A stretch of 32,000 bases of DNA from Promethearchaeum syntrophicum (lineage in GTDB: Archaea; Asgardarchaeota; Lokiarchaeia; Sigyniarchaeales; Promethearchaeaceae), in NCBI RefSeq assembly GCF_008000775.2, contig NZ_CP042905.2:240001-272000 (forward strand), read 5' to 3'. A model generated the notes under the pieces. The model was given only the letters and a program-made list of their open reading frames with translations. It searched no databases and had not been told where the DNA came from. This document shows positions 25,125-32,000 of this stretch, piece by piece (within the stretch, counting starts at the first letter, position 1; each line of letters opens with the position of its first letter). A program made the translations under genes and the position numbers.

Positions 25125-26678
25125 ATGAGCGGATTTGACAAAAATAAAAAACCTGATCAAGGAACTATAGATTTCATTGAAGGTTTCATGAGCTTTAGTT
25201 CAAATATGTTTGCTATGCCCGTTGCAATGCCGAGCCATCATGATTTAATATCGAATACTGCTGTTAAAATGGCAAAAGATATAGGCAGACTTGAAGATTT
25301 AAGTTCTAAGAGGGAATCTGAAAATGAAATCCAATATTATAAAGATTTATTGATAAATTGGATTGCAAATGGATGGATTAAGGATCCATCAAAGATGAGC
25401 ATCGATGGATATTTTAATAATCCAGATAATGGATGTCCTAATTGTGGTTGGAAAAATGAATCATCAAAGATGATAACAACTTGTTTCAACTGCCAAACAG
25501 GTATGATTAAAGTAGATGATAAATGGTTTAAAGTCAATGACTATATAGATCCAGAGGGATTCTATATCCCTGCGATATACAAGCATAGTACATATGAAAT
25601 GGATAACATAAAGAAGAAGCAGAATGGATTCTTCAGAAATCCTACTAATATAGCAATTCCGTTAGGATACCATGATTTTGTTCAAGATTGGAGGAAATTT
25701 TCACTCAAATGTCGATATCAAAAGCAAATGGATCCAGGTTTACACGCTGTTGTAGAGGCAGTTAATTTAGATCCCTTAAATAGTGCTCTTTGGCGAGAAT
25801 TGATTATCTTTGGTTTTGGTTCGGGTTTTACTGATATTGGTTTTATCGCATCGAAATTAATTATGAAATTGTATCCAGATGATTATTACACAAAATCCCA
25901 TTTTAAAAAAAATTTTGATGACAAAGAAATTAAGTTAAAACTCTTCAAGCAAGGAATGACATATATTCATAATAATGAGTTTGAAAAAGGATTATCATCC
26001 TTTTGTGCTGGTATGAAAATTGAGAATATATATGATTTTCACAGGGATATTGTTTATGGAATGGGTTGGGCATATTTTCATATGAATAAAATTGATATGG
26101 CATTACCATATTTTGAAGAAGCTCTCAAAAATAAGAATTCAAAATCATTTTTGCCCCATATTGAGGATTCTTGTAATTTTAAAATCGGATTAATATATAC
26201 AGTGAATAATAAGTTTAAGAAGGGTCTACCTTATTTAGAAAAAGCACTACTTGCAGATCCAAGTGATGATGGAATTAGGAGATGGGTTAATATTGCAAAA
26301 AATGGAATAGCAGATCCAATTAAAAACAAAATAATAACAAGCTCTGTAGATTTTTATGGATATAATAAAAGATCGGATGATAGGAAAGAATTTAGCAAAA
26401 ATTATAGTAGATCGGAAAAAAAGAAAGTGTTTAACAGAGAAAATAATAGATCATCTAAGAGTAAATTGATTGATACTTTTGATTTTGGTTTTAAATATCT
26501 TATGAATGAAGAAATCCGATCTCAATTTGATATAATGCATCTTAAAGTAACAAATAAAGAAAAATTAATCAGTCAACTCTCAAATTGGATAGAGGAACAA
26601 GTCCGTCAAAGTGGTGAATTTGTTGCATATCCTGAAATTTATCATAAAACGAGCGAATTTGTTCAATTGAATTTGTAA
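25125..26678 (+). CDS. Hypothetical protein with zinc ribbon and TPR-like repeats
   Basis: CPNCGW..(11)..CFNCQ. TPR-like helices: NNEFEKGLSSFCAGMKI, GMGWAYFHMNKIDMALPYFEEALKNKN, IGLIYTVNNKFKKGLPYLEKALLADPSD. Confidence 0.55.
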   Translation: MSGFDKNKKPDQGTIDFIEGFMSFSSNMFAMPVAMPSHHDLISNTAVKMAKDIGRLEDLSSKRESENEIQYYKDLLINWIANGWIKDPSKMSIDGYFNNPDNGCPNCGWKNESSKMITTCFNCQTGMIKVDDKWFKVNDYIDPEGFYIPAIYKHSTYEMDNIKKKQNGFFRNPTNIAIPLGYHDFVQDWRKFSLKCRYQKQMDPGLHAVVEAVNLDPLNSALWRELIIFGFGSGFTDIGFIASKLIMKLYPDDYYTKSHFKKNFDDKEIKLKLFKQGMTYIHNNEFEKGLSSFCAGMKIENIYDFHRDIVYGMGWAYFHMNKIDMALPYFEEALKNKNSKSFLPHIEDSCNFKIGLIYTVNNKFKKGLPYLEKALLADPSDDGIRRWVNIAKNGIADPIKNKIITSSVDFYGYNKRSDDRKEFSKNYSRSEKKKVFNRENNRSSKSKLIDTFDFGFKYLMNEEIRSQFDIMHLKVTNKEKLISQLSNWIEEQVRQSGEFVAYPEIYHKTSEFVQLNL

Positions 26679-26806
26679 TTCTTTTCACCATCCTCTATTA
26701 TTTATGTGGTCCTCGTACATTTTGATTTTTTATTTTCTTTTATTAATATCTATTGATTTAAAATTAAATATGTCAAAAAAAAAATAAAAAATGTGAGATA
26801 AAAGAA

Positions 26807-28945
26807 ATGGATAAATTCGAGAAGAGCGAAACCGAGGAGATGTTCAATTATAACGGAATACTAATGGTCAAAAGCAATGCCGAAGTGCTCATTGAGTTCG
26901 AGAAAATTTTTGGAAACCCCATCACTTTCATCAAAGTCGAATCCAGCCAGAATTCATACAAAATAATTAACCTTGAGAATAATAAAGCGGTTAATTTTAC
27001 TGTCCACAATAATTATATTATCACTTTAAGCCATAAAGGGGGTTTTGCTAAAAAAACCGAGTCAAAAACTTCTAACCTGCCCGAAAACATCGGGAATCTA
27101 ACAGAACTGAAGGATTTATGGATTGAACGGCAAAATATAACCGAATTACCGCAATCCTTTAGCGATCTCATAAAATTACGTCAAATTTCCATTAGATGGA
27201 GTAAATTACAGTCAGTTAATCTGCTGTTTGAGCGATTTACCGAACTCGAGGAGATGAATCTTAGCGCAAACATGCTCACCGAATTTCCAAAAAACATCGA
27301 AAAGGCACCAAACCTTACAAAACTCATATTAAACTCAAATCCTATTCGATCGATACCGAAAAGTATCGCGAAATCTAATTCAATCGAGAGAATCGATCTT
27401 GAAAGTTGCAAGATCACCACAATCCCAAAAGCGCTTAAAAAACTCCCAAATCTAAAAAGGTTAAATATCAATAGAAATGAAATTAAATATATTCCCGATT
27501 TTGTTTCGGAAATGGCGAATTTTAGTTTACTTGTTCTAAATTATAACCCGCTGCGTTCTCTCTCTAATATTCCACGGAGAACGCTAGAATTTCATTCTGA
27601 AAATTTTCTGAAATCAAAAAATGACCCAAATGCTCGAGAATATGATAGATTAATGCTCTCAAGAAAAGGATTTGATCTATTCACAAGCGGCCACATCGAC
27701 GGTTTACTCAGATATTATACAAAATCGCCCAATAAACTCACAAAGCTATTCTTAAAGCAATTCTTAGGCGACTCCCGATTACTCACACTTGAAGAGATGA
27801 ATCGAATACTCCATGAAGCGGATGACCCCGAACTTCAGCTACTCAACTCCGCGCTCCACAATCCTTGCTACAATGTTCCTACGATAAGCCCTCATCCCAC
27901 ATTGGATGTAATCCAAAAAGTAATCGATCGTATCAATCAGCGAAAGGAAATTGATGCGGAGATCGACTATCAGATCCAACACCCCGCACTTTTACCAAGC
28001 CATCTTGCGTTTATCAATGAGCTTGTCATATCCAAGAAGTCCCAGAAATCCGCTGGTGACTTCTCATACGACTTCAAATTCAGAAATGAAACCAAGCCGA
28101 AATTCTATGTTGTTTATGAGATCACCTCATTAACTATAAATAATCTCCCAATTCCTAAAAATATTGAAAATCTCGCCACAACTCTAAGAGAATTATATAT
28201 TTCAAACCTAAATGAAGATGATTCTCGCACTATACAAAAAGTTCCTTTCCATAAACTCCAAAATCTCGAAACTCTCTACATGGATAATTGTAGACTAAAT
28301 CAGTTTCCCAAAAACATCCAATATCTCAAAAATCTTAAAAACCTCCGTTTCACGAGAAATAACCTCCCCACTCTCCCACAATGGCTCGGAAACCTCACAA
28401 AACTTGATAGTTTTACATGTCATAATAATTCAATTTTATTTATGCCCGATTCCTTGAAAAACTTACAAAATCTCACAGAAATCAATATCGGTGGAAACTT
28501 GATCGAAATTGTGCCAGGTTTTATCGCTACACTTGATAATCTCCGATTTCTGTCTATCTGGGGCAATCCTCTCCGTTCATTTTCAAATATCCCTGAATAT
28601 TTATTCGCAGACACCATTAGGGATGGATTGAAAGAAGGAACATTTCGGAGCGACATGCTAGACCCCAAAGGGAAAGAACTCCTTGAGAATTTCAAAAACG
28701 GTATTTCCGAAAACTTCACTCAGCTCTATAACCATTATAAAAAGTCCCCTAAACAACTCGCACAGCAATATGTTGATAATCCAAAATCATTAACCAAAGT
28801 TGAGCGAGGCAGGCTTGCATGGGAAGGGGGACTCCGTGAGCGTGAAATACTCGAACTAAAACTACAACCCGAAGATCCCACCCTTCTCGAGATCAATAAA
28901 CGACTTTCCGTCCCGCTCAAGAATGGACTCAGAATCATGAAATAA
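26807..28945 (+). CDS. Leucine-rich repeat protein, internally duplicated (two LRR blocks each followed by a helical tail module)
   Basis: Repeats of the form LPxxIgNLxxLxxLxlxxNxlxxlP occur at roughly aa 90-250 and 440-600. Both blocks end in NPLRS(L/F)SNIP and are followed by Y(Y/K)(T/K)KSP(N/K)(K/Q)L-containing helical modules. Confidence 0.85.
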   Translation: MDKFEKSETEEMFNYNGILMVKSNAEVLIEFEKIFGNPITFIKVESSQNSYKIINLENNKAVNFTVHNNYIITLSHKGGFAKKTESKTSNLPENIGNLTELKDLWIERQNITELPQSFSDLIKLRQISIRWSKLQSVNLLFERFTELEEMNLSANMLTEFPKNIEKAPNLTKLILNSNPIRSIPKSIAKSNSIERIDLESCKITTIPKALKKLPNLKRLNINRNEIKYIPDFVSEMANFSLLVLNYNPLRSLSNIPRRTLEFHSENFLKSKNDPNAREYDRLMLSRKGFDLFTSGHIDGLLRYYTKSPNKLTKLFLKQFLGDSRLLTLEEMNRILHEADDPELQLLNSALHNPCYNVPTISPHPTLDVIQKVIDRINQRKEIDAEIDYQIQHPALLPSHLAFINELVISKKSQKSAGDFSYDFKFRNETKPKFYVVYEITSLTINNLPIPKNIENLATTLRELYISNLNEDDSRTIQKVPFHKLQNLETLYMDNCRLNQFPKNIQYLKNLKNLRFTRNNLPTLPQWLGNLTKLDSFTCHNNSILFMPDSLKNLQNLTEINIGGNLIEIVPGFIATLDNLRFLSIWGNPLRSFSNIPEYLFADTIRDGLKEGTFRSDMLDPKGKELLENFKNGISENFTQLYNHYKKSPKQLAQQYVDNPKSLTKVERGRLAWEGGLREREILELKLQPEDPTLLEINKRLSVPLKNGLRIMK

Positions 28946-29075
28946 TTCATGAATCGACAACTATAATTAAAAATTATTTTGTAAAAAAGTTATTTTATCT
29001 TTTGGTAATAGATACAACTTAGGTTTTTAGATAAAAAATTAATTTTATTTTATTTTAACTAATATTTTCATTGAA

Positions 29076-29507
29076 TCATATTAAATCTGAAACATTTTTA
29101 CCCAATATATTAATTTTATCCCAAATTGATTTGTATAATTCAGCAATTTTATCTTCATCACTGATCTCTTTTATACCCATCCAATAATCCTTAAGATCTG
29201 TATTTTCTGGATGTTCAATCACCCATTTATCAATGAAAATCATTTGTTCTTCTAAAGAATTCTCGATTGTAATACCTCTTAAGGCAGCTATAACTTTATT
29301 AAATTTTCCATCTCGTTTGAGAGTTTTTTCTTTAAATTCAATATAATCATCGATCATTCTTTCTATTGTCTTAGATTTATCTCGTGGATCGCCTGCAATT
29401 ATTTCTAACGCTGTAACGTATTTTTTTGGTATCGTAATATATATTTTTTCAGTTCGTTCGGATACAGGTTTTTTCGCAACAGGTTTTTTTGCAGGCATAT
29501 TTTTCAC
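29076..29507 (-). CDS. Hypothetical protein, possible ribbon-helix-helix (CopG-like) N-terminus
   Basis: Basic leader AKKPVAKKPV, then KIYITIPKKYVTALEIIAG...SKTIERMIDDYI, which follows a beta-alpha-alpha pattern. The C-terminal ~80 aa are unassigned. Confidence 0.45.
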   Translation of the reverse strand: MKNMPAKKPVAKKPVSERTEKIYITIPKKYVTALEIIAGDPRDKSKTIERMIDDYIEFKEKTLKRDGKFNKVIAALRGITIENSLEEQMIFIDKWVIEHPENTDLKDYWMGIKEISDEDKIAELYKSIWDKINILGKNVSDLI

Positions 29508-29528
29508 TTTTTATTTTTTAGCTCTATG

Positions 29529-29562
29529 AAGCTGGTTTCAAAGCTATAAAGCTGGTTTTAAA
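29529..29562. promoter_or_regulatory. Direct repeat aagctggttt(c/t)aaa x2 with 20-nt period, just upstream of the RHH-like gene
   Basis: Copies at 29529-29542 and 29549-29562, 22-55 nt upstream of the minus-strand ATG at 29507. Confidence 0.5.
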
Positions 29563-29717
29563 ACAAATTGAAAATCTTAAAGTTTTTTTGCAATTCTCAT
29601 TTTGTTTTTGATGATTTTTTTAATTTGGTAAAGATTTTTGACGATTTATTAATTTTTTCAATATTACTAACGACTTTATTCGATCAAAATCATATTAATC
29701 CGATAATAACCGACATA

Positions 29718-29744
29718 TTTATATAGTCGACTTGACTATATAAA
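29718..29744. promoter_or_regulatory. Perfect 11-bp inverted repeat tttatatagtc-gactt-gactatataaa (TATA-like arms)
   Basis: Read directly. It lies in the divergent intergenic region, about 115-150 nt upstream of the wHTH gene. Confidence 0.5.
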
Positions 29745-29869
29745 GGTAATGGTTAGCTCCCATTGTAAGCTATTTAGCTCCTTTCAAAAAATAATTATAA
29801 ATTTTCCTTTAAAAATTTTTTGTCGGTTAAACTAACCAGGAAAAAATAAAAAAAAGAGTGTGTGCAAAA

Positions 29870-30118
29870 ATGGTTGATCTTAGTAAATTTGAGGATGGAC
29901 TGATGTTTAGTCCCTTACAAAAAACGCTGTTAAATGTCTTAGAAAAGAACGGTCCTTTAACTCGTGCAGATTTAGTTAAACAATTAGCATCTCCCAGGAC
30001 AACGATTTACGATAATCTAACTAGATTACAAAATCATAATTTAATTCGTAAATTTTCCCGTCCTACAAATTCCCGCGGAAGACCGTTGGTATTTTTTAAA
30101 TTAGTAGATGAGGATTAG
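29870..30118 (+). CDS. Small winged helix-turn-helix transcription regulator (MarR/TrmB-like)
   Basis: LQKTLLNVLEKNGPLTRADLVKQLASPRTTIYDNLTRLQNHNLIRKFSRPTNSRGRPLVFFKL. ATG at 29870; the track uses GTG at 29858. Confidence 0.65.
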   Translation: MVDLSKFEDGLMFSPLQKTLLNVLEKNGPLTRADLVKQLASPRTTIYDNLTRLQNHNLIRKFSRPTNSRGRPLVFFKLVDED

Positions 30119-30140
30119 AAAATTTTAGAGGTAAAATATC

Positions 30141-30284
30141 ATGGAGACATTAAATCAAATATTCTTAATCGGTGATACAACATATCAACGAGTTTTCAAC
30201 AGAAACAACGAAGCTAATCTAATTGAAGTAAAAACTCCTGAATATTTAACATTAAAACAATCTAAAAATAGTATTTATAACTAA
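30141..30284 (+). CDS. Possible 47-aa small protein co-transcribed with the wHTH gene
   Basis: METLNQIFLIGDTTYQRVFNRNNEANLIEVKTPEYLTLKQSKNSIYN. A GAGGT motif sits 8 nt upstream of the ATG, and the ORF starts 22 nt after the wHTH stop. It falls below the track length cutoff. Confidence 0.35.
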   Translation: METLNQIFLIGDTTYQRVFNRNNEANLIEVKTPEYLTLKQSKNSIYN

Positions 30285-30992
30285 ATTTTTTAAAAAATTA
30301 ATATCTTGAAAAGAAATTTTTTTTCTTTTCTTATTTATAAAGTGTTATTTACATCATATGGTGATAATCGAAATGGGATTCCAAACAAACTTTCAACAAA
30401 ATAACATCTATCATACGATAGAAAAAAGGCTTATTAGCATTTTAGATAAGGAAAACGCTCAAACAACTCAAAATTATAATAATTATATAATTCCTTGCAC
30501 AAATTTAACAATAAAAAATTATAATGGTCTTTTAGATGTATTAAATCGAAAAATTTTAAATATAAAATAATAATTGTTGTCTTTTTTCAGGATTCAAAAT
30601 TTGAAATTAGAGTTCCTCTGGAATAATTAACCTCATAATATAAGATAATCAATAAGATAATATCTTTTGGAGAGGGGTTTGGTGGCAATTGGAACTGAAA
30701 TAAATAAAATTAGAATAATAATTAATATATTAAAAAAATAAAAATACCACATTTACAGCTTACTTATTCTATATTTATATTATTCTATCTTTTAACTAGT
30801 TTGATGATGTGGTTTGGTTAACATTCTAATATGGTTAAATTAATATTTTTGTCGAGTTCGATCTTTTTTTATTTAGAATATTTCATATTTAAATGAATCT
30901 AAATTGAAAAAATAAAAAACTAAGAATAGTTTTCCAATGGAAACAGTACCACTTTTCAAAAAAATTTCATATTAAGGAGAATTCAGAAAAAT

Positions 30993-31094
30993 ATGGAAGA
31001 AGTTGAAAAAAAAGGAACTTCAGGCAAAGTTATTGTGTTTGGAATTTTCCTGGCGACTTTCTTTTGTAGTTTTCGGGACAAGTTAATGATTTAA
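30993..31094 (+). pseudogene. N-terminal fragment (TM1) of the MFS transporter in a different frame
   Basis: MEEVEKKGTSGKVIVFGIFLATFFCSFRDKLMI*, with GGAG upstream. It runs into a stop 25 nt after the MFS homology begins in the other frame. Confidence 0.55.
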
Positions 31095-32000
31095 TCACAG
31101 TTAAATATCTTCCGGCACAATTTGCTGGGGATTCAGTTATGTTTGCTTTTACTTTTTCAGCTTTCTCATTAGGTAAAATTTTAACAATGATTTTATTTGC
31201 TAAGTTAAGTGACCGAATTGGGCGTAAAAAGATTTTACTTTTAGCGTTTTCGTTGTATTCTTTAGGGACTTTTTTAGCAGGTATTGCTCAGACTCCACTT
31301 CAATTTATGATTTTTCGCTTTATCAAAGGAACAAGTGCATTTGAAGGAGTAGTATTAGCCTTAATTAACGATTATTATAAAGAGGGAGAAAGAGGAAAAG
31401 CTATGGCAATTTTTAGCGCATCCTTTGGAATTGGTGCTTTAATTGGATCAGTTTTGGGCGGTTACTTTTTAATTTGGTTTGAATACAAGACATCTTTTTT
31501 TATTTTAGGCTTTGTTACTTTGTTATCAATTTTATTCGTTTTTCTTTGTATTTCTAATCATCCTGATCAGAAAATCGAAATCATAAGAAAAACATCTGAA
31601 TATCTCAAAAAAGAAAGGAAACTTCGATTGAATAAGACTTTAAAGACAAAAAATTACATTTTAGCCGTAATAATAAATTTCCTCTTAATGTTTTGTCTTC
31701 AAGGGATATCAACTTATATGATTTTCATCATTCTAAATCATTATTTGATTCTTGAAGAACTCTCAGGATTAATCCTATTTCCAATTACTTTTTCATATAT
31801 CTTTTTTGCACTTGTAATGGGGAAAAAGGAAAACCCAATTAGAATAATTCGTTTCGGTCTAATTATTTTAACAATAAGCTTGTTTTCGGTGATAATTTTG
31901 AATTTTTATGATTTTATATTAATATTTGTAATCGCTGCAGGAATTTCCTCAAGTGCTTTAGGTGCAATCACTCCTGCTGTAGATAATTATATCTCAAGTT
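31070..32000 (+). CDS. MFS transporter (continues beyond the window end); start displaced by an apparent frameshift
   Basis: Frame 2 is open from 31070 to the window end and is not in the track. FAKLSDRIGRKKILLL is the MFS loop 2-3 signature, with multiple TM segments. The first in-frame ATG is at 31139, which would omit TM1. Confidence 0.8.

Noticed and set aside
25114-25156. ATGATGA ... CTGA pair resembling C and D boxes
   Set aside because: The boxes are only 32 nt apart (too short for a two-guide archaeal sRNA), there is no terminal stem, and the element overlaps the start codon of ORF 25125.
22652-28950. Track ORFs 22652..22909(-), 23538..23771(+), 24012..24239(+), 25337..25537(-), 27181..27471(-), 27951..28133(+), 28420..28719(-), 28735..28950(-)
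   Set aside because: They are antisense or out of frame within YkgJ-like, Sua5, TPR and LRR genes. The cluster inside the LRR gene is explained by its lower AT content, which gives fewer random stops.
30358-30570. Track ORF 30358..30570 (+), 70 aa, N/I/Q-rich
   Set aside because: No ribosome-binding motif and a composition-driven translation in very AT-rich DNA. It cannot be supported as a gene, though it is not excluded.
30669-30698. Small GC-richer patch ggagaggggtttggtggcaattggaactga
   Set aside because: I could not fold it into a tRNA-like or k-turn structure. It has a lone CTGA with no C box, and it is too short to call.
30801-30806. TGATGA word in the long intergenic region
   Set aside because: There is no downstream CTGA within 70 nt and no flanking complementary stem.
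1-32000. CRISPR arrays, rRNA genes, transposases or IS elements
   Set aside because: I saw no regularly spaced 25-40-nt repeats, no long GC-rich structured RNA regions other than the tRNA and the C/D candidate, and no transposase- or integrase-like ORFs.

Overview
AT-rich archaeal chromosomal segment. Identification rests on gene content: TFB, ribosomal protein L15e, RNase P proteins Pop5 and Rpp30, DGGGP synthase, an archaeal-type inositol-1-phosphate synthase, and oligo-T after the tRNA. Several eukaryote-like signalling and trafficking-type proteins suggest an Asgard (Loki-like) lineage, but this is inference only. They are a Rag/Gtr-like GTPase with a C-terminal roadblock-like domain, an MglA-like GTPase, a Roadblock/LC7 protein, a longin-like plus winged-helix protein, a large LRR protein and a Par14-like parvulin. 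All calls come from reading the ORF translations and recalling family motifs; no searches were run. Housekeeping content: a tRNA-modification cluster (DUF5591-like, DUF371, Trm5), tRNA-Arg(TCT), TFB, SerRS, Sua5, and part of the archaeal exosome/RNase P superoperon (L15e, COG1325-type RNA-binding protein, Rpp30, Pop5). Lipid genes are inositol-1-P synthase, a polyprenol/dolichol-kinase-like protein and DGGGP synthase. Most notable observations: (1) two tandem paralogous coiled-coil proteins sharing a conserved C-terminal domain, divergent from the Roadblock gene; (2) Roadblock, Rag-like GTPase and a longin-like/WH protein within about 6.7 kb; (3) a 712-aa internally duplicated LRR protein whose gene is visibly GC- and C-ending-codon-enriched; (4) a candidate C/D box sRNA not in the ORF track; (5) a radical-SAM gene whose conserved-looking N-terminus has no canonical start codon; (6) an MFS transporter at the window end, absent from the track, split by a frameshift. 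I saw no CRISPR array, rRNA, transposase or integrase.
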